Source: Planctomycetota bacterium
GTDB lineage: Bacteria > Planctomycetota > JAJSAM01 > JAJVHW01
Length of the DNA stretch: 64,000 bases
Direction: 5' to 3'
Assembly: GCA_021414065.1 (NCBI GenBank)
Contig: JAIOPE010000047.1
Coordinates: 46,272-110,271 of the forward strand
Part shown: positions 42,917 through 51,909 of the stretch, piece by piece
Numbering within the stretch: position 1 is the stretch's first letter
Layout of the letters: each line of letters starts with the position of its first letter
Notes under the pieces: generated by a model
Databases searched by the model: none
What the model was told of the DNA's origin: nothing
The model's input: the letters and a program-made list of their open reading frames with translations, nothing else
Position numbers and translations under genes: made by a program

Positions 42917-43542
42917 TCGGGCCGCGGTGCCGACGAAACCGAGCGAAGCGCCCGCAACCGTTGCGCGTACAAGGCCGCGCCGCGGCGGTAGCGGTGCCAA
43001 GCGGCCGACACGCCGATGCTCAGCTCGGCGGCGACCTCCTCCATCGGCTTCTCTTCGAGCAGGTGCAGGCGCAGCACGGGTTCGACGTCGTCCGGCAGTG
43101 CGGCCAGCGCGTCGAGCACGATCCGCGACCGCTCCCGCGCCCCCGCCACGCGGCTCGGCGTGACGGACCCCGGCGGCAGCATCTGCGACAGCGACGTGCC
43201 GGACGGCGAACCCATCTCGGAGAACAGCTCGTGCTTCGCGCCGCCGCCGCGCTTCTCCCGCGAGATCGACCGGGCGATGTCGCGCACGCGGTTCCGGGCG
43301 ATCGCGAGGAGCCACCGGCGGTAGTTCGAGACGTCGATCCACGCGTGCTGTTCGCGGTCGCGCCACGCCAGAGCGAGCGCTTCCTGCCAGACGTCTTCCG
43401 GCGCGCAGTACGCGAGCACCGACGCTCCCATCATGCGGTGGACGACCGCGATCGCGGTGTCGGGCCCGGCGGCTTCGATCACGAGGTCGAACTGCGACGG
43501 ATCAGCGTGCGGCGCGGCGCCCTCGAACGCGGTATCGGTCAT
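42913..43542 (-). CDS. ECF sigma factor (ECF-i)
   Basis: 209-aa ORF as in the track (MTDTAFEGAAPHADPSQFDLVIEAAGPD...PEDVWQEALALAWRDREQHAW...; sigma-4 VLRLHLLEEKPMEEVAAELSIGVSAAWHRYRRG). Confidence 0.8.
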   Translation of the reverse strand: MTDTAFEGAAPHADPSQFDLVIEAAGPDTAIAVVHRMMGASVLAYCAPEDVWQEALALAWRDREQHAWIDVSNYRRWLLAIARNRVRDIARSISREKRGGGAKHELFSEMGSPSGTSLSQMLPPGSVTPSRVAGARERSRIVLDALAALPDDVEPVLRLHLLEEKPMEEVAAELSIGVSAAWHRYRRGAALYAQRLRALRSVSSAPRPE

Positions 43543-43602
43543 GTACGGAGGATCATCGCAGGCGACGTCCTCGGCGTCACGCTCGTAGGTCGTGTGCCCG
43601 CA

Positions 43603-45321
43603 TCAGCGGGGCGGCGGCGAGAACGGCCCGATCAGAAGCGCCGTCTTCTCCCCCGCGCGGATGAGCACCGCCAGCCGTTGCCAGCGGACGCGGCCGACGA
43701 AGACGTCGAACACGACCTCGCCCGGCTCGAACGGCCCGAGGATCGTCCCTGCGTCCGCGTCGGCCCGCGCCGACGTGAACGACTCGTCGGTCGATGTGCG
43801 TATGAGCAGCGGCGCACCGTCGGCCCGCGCGATCTCGATCGCACCTGAGCCGCGCGGCGGCGGCGTGCGCGGCACGACGACCGCGTACCCTCCGACGACC
43901 TCGCGCATCGTGTAGAGGACTCCGCCGGAGAGGCGCACCGGGCCCGCGACGTGGTCGTCGAGATCTCCGTTGTCGGGGTCGAGCTCGGAGGGCACGACGA
44001 CCCAGCTCCCCGGCGAAGGAAGGGCCACCTCCTTCCCTGGCCACAGCCGAGCTTCTCGGATCTCGTCGCCGCGGCGCAACGGGTTCCAGAGCACGCCCTC
44101 TACCCGACTGTCCGGCGCTCGCCACGGAGAGGGCTCAAGCACGACTCGGGGTGCGGCGAGACCAGGCGCCGGCCGATGGCGGACGTCGATCGCGAGTCTG
44201 TCGGAGCTCGACAGGTCGTACGCCGCCGAGCCGGGTTCGACTTCCGGCCCCCACCAGCGGAGCACGCCCTTCTCCGATTTCGTCGGCACGGTCCACTCTG
44301 CGCAGTCGCCGTCGATGGACTCCCCGTCCAAGTAGAACGCCCATCCGTCGAGCGGGCCGGACCCGGTGTCGAAGACGAGGTCGATCTGACGCTCACACGC
44401 GGCGGGACCCTCTGCCGTGCGGATCGTCGCGGCGACGGGGACAATGAGCGGCGGCGCGCGCACGACGTGCACGACCGCCGGCGTTCGAACGACGTCCGAT
44501 TCGACTGCCCATCCCGGCGGCGCCGTCAGACGGAAGGGCAACCCCGGCGGGCTCGAGATCGTCGCGGAACGCTGGCCCTGATTGAGCGTCACGTTCCATC
44601 CGCTCCCGGCGAGTCCGACGACGCTCGTTCCGTCGGTCAGCGCGATCGTCTCCGCAAGTGCGGTCGCCGTCACCACGACGTTCTCGGCCCCTGGGTCGTC
44701 ACTGAGTGTCAGGCTGACGTTCTCCTCGGTCGGCTCACTCAGGACGACGCGCCCGGAGGACGGCGCGACAATCCCGTGCCGCGCGACGGCGTACATGCCG
44801 AGATCGACCTGCACGGTGTAGCGCCCGGGGGACGGCACCCGGATGCGGGCGATGCCGCCCTCGCCGGTCTCGCCGCCGGCGAACGCGTCCGTCTCGTCGT
44901 GCTGCCGGTCGAACCCTCCGTCGGCGGGCACCACGAGGATGTGCTCGCCGCGGTTCGGCTCGCCGTCGCCGCCGATCACCTGCACCTCGAGTTCCGCGAA
45001 CCCGGTCGGCGCGTCGGGCAGGACGAACTCGCGCACGTCCGGGTCGCCGGGCTCGCGCGGCGGGAGCACGAGCACCGTCTGCGACGTGTTCGCCGCGGAC
45101 GACCGCGCGTCATGGTTCGAGTCGGCGACGGCGGCTCTCGCCCGAGGCGGCGCGTCCCGTCGCGCCATCGTCTCGGACCGTGGATCGGAACGCGACGGAG
45201 CCGTCCCGAGGACCACCGTCGGCCCGTCGGCCGTCACGCCGAGCACGAACAGGGCGACGATCAGCCCGGTCGCGACGCCCACGGCGAAGCCGAGCACTCC
45301 GGTTACGGTCGCGCGTCCCAC
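43603..45321 (-). CDS. Hypothetical signal-anchored/secreted protein (572 aa), co-oriented just upstream of ECF-i
   Basis: N-terminal TM/signal anchor (VLGFAVGVATGLIVALFVLGV). Long beta-rich extracytoplasmic region with no recognised catalytic motif. Stop is 60 bp from the ECF-i start. Confidence 0.55.
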   Translation of the reverse strand: MGRATVTGVLGFAVGVATGLIVALFVLGVTADGPTVVLGTAPSRSDPRSETMARRDAPPRARAAVADSNHDARSSAANTSQTVLVLPPREPGDPDVREFVLPDAPTGFAELEVQVIGGDGEPNRGEHILVVPADGGFDRQHDETDAFAGGETGEGGIARIRVPSPGRYTVQVDLGMYAVARHGIVAPSSGRVVLSEPTEENVSLTLSDDPGAENVVVTATALAETIALTDGTSVVGLAGSGWNVTLNQGQRSATISSPPGLPFRLTAPPGWAVESDVVRTPAVVHVVRAPPLIVPVAATIRTAEGPAACERQIDLVFDTGSGPLDGWAFYLDGESIDGDCAEWTVPTKSEKGVLRWWGPEVEPGSAAYDLSSSDRLAIDVRHRPAPGLAAPRVVLEPSPWRAPDSRVEGVLWNPLRRGDEIREARLWPGKEVALPSPGSWVVVPSELDPDNGDLDDHVAGPVRLSGGVLYTMREVVGGYAVVVPRTPPPRGSGAIEIARADGAPLLIRTSTDESFTSARADADAGTILGPFEPGEVVFDVFVGRVRWQRLAVLIRAGEKTALLIGPFSPPPR

Positions 45322-45354
45322 GCAGGGCAGGATACGCGCTGGTGGCTGCTCACG

Positions 45355-46545
45355 TCACCCGCCGATGCGTGCCGCCTCGTTCGCCGCGTAGACCGACGTG
45401 TCGGGACTGCGGTGCGTGTGCGCGGCGCGTTGGAGCCACGGGATCGCCGCCGCACGATCGTTCAGCCCGCGCGAATAGAGCAGCCCGATGCGGAACGCCG
45501 CCTCGGGGGCTTCGTCGTCGGTCGGGTGGGTGTCGAGGAATCGCTTGTACGCTGCGATGCCGTCGCGGGCGAGTCCCTGACGGTAGAACTCATGTGCAAT
45601 CTCGAGTTGGACCTCCGGCGGCAGCGGGCGCTCGCGACGCATCGCCACGTAGCCGGGGTAGACGTCGATCGCCTCGCGAAGGCGCCCCGCGCGGACGAGT
45701 TCGACAAGCGCGTCCTCGACCTCGCGCGAGCTGTCCTCCATCGGCTCGTGCGGCGTGAACCACTCGGTCGCCGCGCGCCCGCTGCCCGTGCGAGGCGTGT
45801 GCTCCGTCCCGTCGCGGGTCGTCTTCGCGAAGCCGGTGTGGACCTCCCATGCGTCGCCGTCGCCGCCGCCGCCGAGTGACTTCTTCATCGCGAGGGCCGT
45901 GAGAATGCCGAACACGCCGCCGCCGACGTGCGCCGCCGTCGCGACGCCGCCGGCCGCGGGGCCCTTCGCCATGAGCGTCTGCACGAAGTCCAGCGCGATC
46001 GTCAGCCCGATGAACCACTTCGCCGGCACGCGGAACACCTGCACGAAGACGAAGAGCCACGCGAGCAGACGAATGCGCGCTTCCGGGAAGAGCACCACGT
46101 AGGCGCCCATCACCGCGTAGACCGCACCCGACGCCCCGACGAGCGGCGGATGCTCGCGGCCCAGTTCCTCGTAGACCCCGGCCGGCGGGTCCGCGACGTT
46201 CGCGATCGCCGAGTACGCCCACGCGGCCACGAACCCGCCGACGAGGTAGAAGAGGAGGAACCGCACCTTCCCGAACTTGTCCTCGACGTTGTCACCGACG
46301 ATCCAGAGCACCCACATGTTCCCGGCGATGTGCAGGAGCCCCGCGTGCAGGAACATCGACGTGAACGCCTGCACCGAGACCGGGTTCGCGCTGTCGTACC
46401 CCCACCGCAGGAAGAGCTGGTGGATGTCCCCTTCGCTCGTGCCGAGATTGCACGCGAAGTAGACCAGCGCGTTCGCCGCGATCAGGAGGATCGTGACGAC
46501 CGGCGTCGAGCGGCGTGGGTTGTCGTCTCCGAGCGGGAAGAACAT
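45355..46545 (-). CDS. Rhomboid-family intramembrane serine protease with C-terminal TPR-like domain
   Basis: Six TM rhomboid core with GASGAVYAVMGAY (catalytic Ser) and AAHVGGGVFG (catalytic His). C-terminal soluble helical repeat region (AAFRIGLLYSRGL...). Confidence 0.8.
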   Translation of the reverse strand: MFFPLGDDNPRRSTPVVTILLIAANALVYFACNLGTSEGDIHQLFLRWGYDSANPVSVQAFTSMFLHAGLLHIAGNMWVLWIVGDNVEDKFGKVRFLLFYLVGGFVAAWAYSAIANVADPPAGVYEELGREHPPLVGASGAVYAVMGAYVVLFPEARIRLLAWLFVFVQVFRVPAKWFIGLTIALDFVQTLMAKGPAAGGVATAAHVGGGVFGILTALAMKKSLGGGGDGDAWEVHTGFAKTTRDGTEHTPRTGSGRAATEWFTPHEPMEDSSREVEDALVELVRAGRLREAIDVYPGYVAMRRERPLPPEVQLEIAHEFYRQGLARDGIAAYKRFLDTHPTDDEAPEAAFRIGLLYSRGLNDRAAAIPWLQRAAHTHRSPDTSVYAANEAARIGG

Positions 46546-46637
46546 GTGCCGCTCAGTATCGACGACCGCTGGAGGAGATCGTCAGGAACGCGCCGGAGCG
46601 GCCCGCGGGCGCGGCCGGACGCGCGCGCCGGCCGGGG

Positions 46638-47114
46638 CTATTGAACGGCGCGAATCGCGGGCACCGGTCCCACGACGACGACGTGCCCCGAAGCGTCGCG
46701 CACCTGCACCCGCCGGGCGGCGAGGTCGGCGAGCGTCGCCCCGAACGGCAGCGACTGCGGGCTCGTTCCCCCGAACCGCAGCACGGCGGTCCGGTTGCCC
46801 TTCGGCACGAAGTCGTACGGCGGGATTCTCACGAGCGACTCGGACCCGTCGGTCGGATCGTCGGCCCAGAGGGAGTACGTCCCGCCCTTCACGAGCCGGC
46901 TGAGCGAGACCTCGAGCGTCTCCCGTTCGGGCAGCTTCTTCGTGGCTTCCTGCCGCTGCACCTTGATCCGGCCCTTCACGCGGAACTCGGGATCGCTCGC
47001 CAGCGTCGTCTGCGCGGTCCTGGTGCGGCGCGCTGCGTCGGCGCGCTCCGTCGCGGCGGCGACGCCCAGCGTGCACATCAGAACGGCCCAGGCGAGTCTC
47101 GATCGGCTACTCAT
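46638..47114 (-). CDS. Hypothetical secreted protein with signal peptide
   Basis: Start re-set to ATG 47114 (MSSRSRLAWAVLMCTLGVAAATERADA...). ~160 aa. No homology motifs recognised. Confidence 0.45.
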   Translation of the reverse strand: MSSRSRLAWAVLMCTLGVAAATERADAARRTRTAQTTLASDPEFRVKGRIKVQRQEATKKLPERETLEVSLSRLVKGGTYSLWADDPTDGSESLVRIPPYDFVPKGNRTAVLRFGGTSPQSLPFGATLADLAARRVQVRDASGHVVVVGPVPAIRAVQ

Positions 47115-47507
47115 GCGGCACCTCCGCGACCGGCGGGGACTCCGCGATCGTGGGGGCATCGTCACGGAACGCGAGCCGTCCGCGGCGCGAGTGTCTCAAC
47201 TTGGACGATTCGAGTGCCCGGAAACATGACGGCGGCAACTGTCGTCACGGGGCGGCGCAGGCGCCGGAGCGGCGTCGCCGATCGATGGATGACGGCGTCA
47301 TGCATCGGTCCGCGGCGCGGACGGCCTGGCGGCGCGGCCGGGGGTACGGGCTTTGCTGGCGTCCGGCATGGACACGGAAGTCCCGTTTCCACGGTCCCCC
47401 AGCCGGCCGCCTCGACCGCGGCGTCGTCCGTGGGTTCCCGGCACGCGCGGCGGCGCGTCCGGCGTTTCCTTTCCCGCACGGAGCGCGTCACTGCGCGGTA
47501 ACTCCCC

Positions 47508-48248
47508 ATGACCCCCACGACGACCGACACGCGAACGCAAACCGCCGCGCAACCCGATCGGTGGCTGCGTGAGCAGTACGCCGCAGAGCACTTCGAGCGC
47601 GGCGCAATCGTCATTGAAAACACGTTCATGCAGACAGACGCCGGCGGCCGCACGCCGCTCGTCGCCTACGTCCACGAAGGCCTCGTCCGCGGCGTCTGGC
47701 ACCGCGACAAGATTGCACCGACGAGTCGCGCGACGGCGCTGGTCGCGGGCGACGGCTGCTGGATCGGCGTCGATGCGTTCAAGCACGGCGAGAACCTGTT
47801 CCGCTACCAGGCGCTCGCGCCGACCGTCGCGACGATCCTCCCCATGTCGAGTCTGAAGATCGAGGCGCCGCGCGCGGTGGTCGTCCACGCGATGGAGAAC
47901 CTCGCGCGCGACTGGTGCACCGCCGTGTCGCTCCTGTCGCTCGGGAACCAGACCCTCACCTGCCGCGCGATGGTGCTCCTGCACCACATGAGCCGCGTCC
48001 ACCCGCGGCCGGAGATCGAGGTGCGGCAGCAGGATCTGGCCGACATGCTCGGCGTCGCGCGGCAGTCGCTCCAGCCCGTGCTGAAGCGCCTCGCGTCCGG
48101 CGGTCTGATCGATCTCGGCTACGGCGAGATCGTGGTCGCAGACTCCGGACGCCTGTTCGACGAGCTGCGCCGCGGCCGTCGCCCGGTGCCGCCGACGACC
48201 GCGGCCGCCCGAGACGCAGGCGCGACTGCGCCGCCCGCGCGCGGATGA
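47508..48248 (+). CDS. Crp/Fnr-family transcriptional regulator (cNMP-binding-like domain + C-terminal HTH)
   Basis: 246 aa. Beta-roll-like N-domain. HTH: DLADMLGVARQSLQPVLKRLASGGLI. Confidence 0.6.
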   Translation: MTPTTTDTRTQTAAQPDRWLREQYAAEHFERGAIVIENTFMQTDAGGRTPLVAYVHEGLVRGVWHRDKIAPTSRATALVAGDGCWIGVDAFKHGENLFRYQALAPTVATILPMSSLKIEAPRAVVVHAMENLARDWCTAVSLLSLGNQTLTCRAMVLLHHMSRVHPRPEIEVRQQDLADMLGVARQSLQPVLKRLASGGLIDLGYGEIVVADSGRLFDELRRGRRPVPPTTAAARDAGATAPPARG

Positions 48249-48249
48249 C

Positions 48250-49155
48250 TCAAAGCGCGAGTTCCCAGGTCTGGCTCACGAACGCGCCGCCGTATCGCCG
48301 CTCGCTCTTCTCGCTGCGCAGGCGAAACCCGGCGCGCTCGTACAGCCGCCGCGCGTCCTCCAGACCGGCCTCCGTCCACAGCGCGATCTTCCGGTAGCCG
48401 CCGCTCCGCGCGAACGCGATGCAGGCGTCGAGCAGGCTCCGCCCGACGCCGCGCCCGCGGAATCCCGGCTCGACCAGGAGGAGCCTGAGTTGGGCGACCG
48501 ATTTCGTGCGGGCCACGAGAAGCACGGAACCGATCCGTTCGCCGCCCGACTCGGCGATCCAGAGTCGCTCGCGTGCGCTTTCGCCCCGCTCGGCGAAGTC
48601 CGCGACGACGCGCGCGACGAGCGCCTCGAACCCGACGTTCCACCCGCGGAGTTCCGCGTAGAGCGCGCCGTGGCGCTCGACGATCCACCCGAGGTCGCCC
48701 GGTCGGGGCGACCGGAGCACGCACTCGCCGGCTTCCGGCTTCCGCCCTGCAAGGACGCTTTCGATCTCCCGCATGTCGCCCAGCAGGCGCTTCCGCGCGC
48801 CCGGCGCGAGCGGCCCGAGCATCGCTGCGACCTGCGCGCACGCGGCGCGGTCGAGGCGTGACAGCGCCGTGCGCCCGGCGCGAGTGAGCGAGAGATGGCG
48901 CTTGCGCGCGTCGGCCGCGGAACGCGCGCGGCGGACGAGACCCCGCTTCTCGAACCCGCTGAGGATGCGGCTCAGATACCCCTGGTCCAGGGCGAGCCCG
49001 CGTCCGAGGTCCGTGGCGGTCGGGAGACGGTGGTGGGCGAGCTCGTAGAGCACACGCCCCTCGGCGAGCGTGAAGTCGCTGCCGAGGAGCGACGGCCCGA
49101 GGACACCGATCTGCTGCGTGTAGAAGCGGTTGAAGCGGCGCACCGCGCGGACCAT
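48250..49155 (-). CDS. MarR-family HTH regulator fused to GNAT N-acetyltransferase
   Basis: Start re-set to ATG 49155 (MVRAVRRFNRFYTQQ...). MarR winged-HTH (LTLAEGRVLYELAHH...TATDLGRGLALDQGYLSRILSGFEKRGLV). C-terminal GNAT core (VARTKSVAQLRLLLVEPGFRGRGVGRSLLDACIAFAR). Confidence 0.7.
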   Translation of the reverse strand: MVRAVRRFNRFYTQQIGVLGPSLLGSDFTLAEGRVLYELAHHRLPTATDLGRGLALDQGYLSRILSGFEKRGLVRRARSAADARKRHLSLTRAGRTALSRLDRAACAQVAAMLGPLAPGARKRLLGDMREIESVLAGRKPEAGECVLRSPRPGDLGWIVERHGALYAELRGWNVGFEALVARVVADFAERGESARERLWIAESGGERIGSVLLVARTKSVAQLRLLLVEPGFRGRGVGRSLLDACIAFARSGGYRKIALWTEAGLEDARRLYERAGFRLRSEKSERRYGGAFVSQTWELAL

Positions 49156-49310
49156 CGGGTCCTGCGCACCGTCGCGCGCGCGTCCGCGTTGCCGGGGGAC
49201 GTTCGTCACGCGGCCACTCTCTCCGAATCTGCCGCGCAGTTCAACAGGCGCCGGGCGCCCTCCCGCGCGCGAAACCGACGCCCCGCAAGGGGGACCGTCA
49301 GGAGCCCGCA

Positions 49311-49372
49311 CTCGGTACCGTTCACGCCTCGGGCCTACCTCGTCGGGGACGTCGCCACGAGCGCCCGGTCAC
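49311..49372. repeat. Intergenic palindromic repeat unit (inverted copy of the 63.6-64.0 kb element family)
   Basis: The reverse complement ggtgaccgggcgctcgtggcgacgtccccgacgaggtagg... closely matches 63770-63830. It contains the internal inverted repeat CTCGTGG...CCGACGAG. Confidence 0.55.
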
Positions 49373-49504
49373 CTGCTCCTCGGTCCGGCCCGGCCGCTCT
49401 GCTCCGCGGATGCGCGTCGCGAGACGCACCGATCGCGAATCGAAGCCGCCGAGGCGGGCGTGGCCCGACTCGGCGGCGGTGCTGCGTCTTGGAGAGCGTG
49501 CGCG

Positions 49505-50566
49505 CTACTTGCCCTTCTGGACCTCTTCGACCATCCAGTCGCCGATCTGGCTGCACGGGTGGGTGCCGGCGGAGAGGCTCTTCACCTTGCCGGACGTGAG
49601 GAGCGAGCGGACGCCATCGTCGATCGCCTTGCCGGCCTTCTTCTCACCGAGGTACTCGAGCATCATGCCGACAGCAGCGGCGGTGGCGAGGGGGTTGGCG
49701 ACGTTCTTGCCGGCGTACTTCGGCGCCGACCCATGGATCGGCTCGAACATCGAGACCTGGCCCGGGTGGATGTTGCCGGAAGCAGCGATGCCCATGCCGC
49801 CCTGAATCTGGGCGCCGAGGTCCGTGATGATGTCGCCGAACAGGTTCGTCGTGACGATCGTGTCGTAGAACTCGGGCGACTTGACGAACCACGCGCAGGT
49901 GGCATCGACGTAGCCGTGGTCCTGCGTGATCGTCGGGTACTCCTTGCCGACCTCCGCGAAGACGCGGGTCCAGATGTCCTGGGCGCGACAGGCGTTCGCC
50001 TTGTCCACCATCGTGAGCTTGTTCAGGTCGTTGCGGCTCTTGCAGAGCTCGTACGCGTAGCGGATCACCCGCTCGGTGCCCTTGCGCGTGTAGATCATCT
50101 CCTGGATCGCGATCTCGTCGGGCGTGCCCTTCTTCATGAAGCCGAAGGGGCCGGCGTACGCGTCTTCCGTGTTCTCGCGGACGACGACGAAGTCGATGTC
50201 CTCCGGCGTCTTGTCCTTCAACGGGCAGAAGCGCGCGTCGTAGAGCTTGATCGGGCGCAGGTTGACGTAGAGGTCGAGGCCCCAGCGCATGCCCGCGATG
50301 ATCGCCCGCTCGAGGCGGCCGACCTCGATGCGCGGGTCGCCGATGGCGCCGAGCAGGATGGCGCTCTGCTGCTTCATCTCGGCGAGCGCGCTCGCCGGGA
50401 ACTCCTCGCCCGTCTTCAGGAAGTGGTCGGCGCCGTAGGGGTACGTGACGAGCTCCGTCTGGAACCCGTAGACCTCCGACGCGGCGTGGAGGACCTTCAG
50501 GCCCTCGCGAACCACCTCGGGCCCGATGCCGTCACCCGCGACGATTCCGATCGTGTACTTGGCCAT
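49505..50566 (-). CDS. Isocitrate/isopropylmalate dehydrogenase-family enzyme (3-isopropylmalate or tartrate dehydrogenase-like)
   Basis: ATG 50566 (MAKYTIGIVAGDGIGPEVV...). NLFGDIITDLGAQIQGGMGIAASGNI signature. 353 aa. Confidence 0.8.
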   Translation of the reverse strand: MAKYTIGIVAGDGIGPEVVREGLKVLHAASEVYGFQTELVTYPYGADHFLKTGEEFPASALAEMKQQSAILLGAIGDPRIEVGRLERAIIAGMRWGLDLYVNLRPIKLYDARFCPLKDKTPEDIDFVVVRENTEDAYAGPFGFMKKGTPDEIAIQEMIYTRKGTERVIRYAYELCKSRNDLNKLTMVDKANACRAQDIWTRVFAEVGKEYPTITQDHGYVDATCAWFVKSPEFYDTIVTTNLFGDIITDLGAQIQGGMGIAASGNIHPGQVSMFEPIHGSAPKYAGKNVANPLATAAAVGMMLEYLGEKKAGKAIDDGVRSLLTSGKVKSLSAGTHPCSQIGDWMVEEVQKGK

Positions 50567-50636
50567 GGTCTTCCTCTGCTTCCTCTTCTCGCTGCCTGCT
50601 CGGGGGGATGCTGACGTCTGCGATACGCACCCAGGT

Positions 50637-51851
50637 CTACTTCGCTTCCGGGTTCTCCACCAGAATCGCGATGCCCTGGCCGCCGCCGATGCACGCCGAG
50701 GCGACGCCGAAACGGCCGCCGCGCTCGCGCAGTTCACGGGCGATGGTCAGGACGAGCCGCGTGCCCGAAGCGCCGAGCGGGTGGCCGAGGGCCACCGCGC
50801 CGCCGTTCACGTTGCACTTGGTCCGGTCGAGTCCAAGGGCCTTCTCGCACGCGAGGTACTGCGCCGCAAAGGCTTCGTTGATCTCGATCAGATCGAGTTG
50901 GTCCCGGCGGACGCCCGTCTTCTCGCACACCTTCTGGATCGCCGGGACGGGCCCGATGCCCATGATGCGCGGTTCGACGCCCGAGATCGCCCATCCGCGG
51001 ATGATCGCGAGCGGCTTCCGGCCGGCCGCTTGCGCACGATCGGCGGTGGTGACGATGACCGCGGCGCCGCCGTCCACGATGCCCGACGCGTTGCCGGCCG
51101 TGACGGTGCCGTCCTTGCCGAACGCGGCTCGCAGCTTCGACAGCCCTTCGATCGTGGTCTCGGGCTTGATGTGATCGTCCTGGTCGATCGTGATCTCGTC
51201 CTTGCCGCGCTTGACCTTCACGGGGTGGATCTCGGCCGCGAACTTGCCGGCCTTGACGGCCTTCGAGCCCTCGGCGTGCGAGCGGTACGCGAACTCGTCC
51301 TGCGCCTCGCGGGTGATGCCGTACTCCTTCGCGAGGTTCTCGGCCGTCTGCGCCATGAAGAAGTTGCAGTAGGGGTCCATCAGCGAGTCGAAGAGGAGGT
51401 CCTGGAGTTCCGCGCCGGGGCCGAAGCGGAGGCCCTCACGCGCGCCGCGGAGAACGTGCGGCGACTGCGACATCGACTCGAACCCACCGGCCGCGACGCA
51501 CGTGGCCTCGTCGAGGAGCAGCATCTGCCCGGCCGTGATGATGCTCTGGAGGCCCGAGCCGCAGATTCGGTTGACGGTGAGCGCCGGGACGGTGTGCGAG
51601 AGGCCCGCGTAGAGCGACGAGTGCCGCGCGCCGTAGATCGAGTACCGGCTCGACTGCGAGGCGTTGCCCATCACGACGTGGTCGATCTCTTCCTTCGCGA
51701 TGCCGCTCTTCAGGATCGCGCCCTCGATGGCACGGGCCCCAAGCTCCATCGCAGAGACGTCCTTGAACTTGCCGAAGCCGGGCGTGCCGACGTACTCCGC
51801 CATCGCGGTCCGTGCGCCTCCGAGGATCACCAGTCCCTTCGTCATGTCCAA
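50637..51851 (-). CDS. Acetyl-CoA C-acetyltransferase (thiolase)
   Basis: 404 aa. Thiolase motifs NRICGSGLQ (active-site Cys), NVNGGAVALGHPLGASG and ACIGGGQG. Confidence 0.85.
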   Translation of the reverse strand: MDMTKGLVILGGARTAMAEYVGTPGFGKFKDVSAMELGARAIEGAILKSGIAKEEIDHVVMGNASQSSRYSIYGARHSSLYAGLSHTVPALTVNRICGSGLQSIITAGQMLLLDEATCVAAGGFESMSQSPHVLRGAREGLRFGPGAELQDLLFDSLMDPYCNFFMAQTAENLAKEYGITREAQDEFAYRSHAEGSKAVKAGKFAAEIHPVKVKRGKDEITIDQDDHIKPETTIEGLSKLRAAFGKDGTVTAGNASGIVDGGAAVIVTTADRAQAAGRKPLAIIRGWAISGVEPRIMGIGPVPAIQKVCEKTGVRRDQLDLIEINEAFAAQYLACEKALGLDRTKCNVNGGAVALGHPLGASGTRLVLTIARELRERGGRFGVASACIGGGQGIAILVENPEAK

Positions 51852-51909
51852 GTTCCTTGGCCGTCGTTCGTCGATCGCTGTTCGTCGCCGTAGATCCGTG
51901 CCGCCGCGA

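Noticed and set aside
8468-43542. Search for anti-sigma factor genes (zinc-finger/TM) adjacent to the ECF genes
   Set aside because: None was found. Every ECF is followed directly by a kinase (or another ECF) with overlapping stop/start. No small TM ORF with an HxxxCxxC motif exists in the intergenic space.
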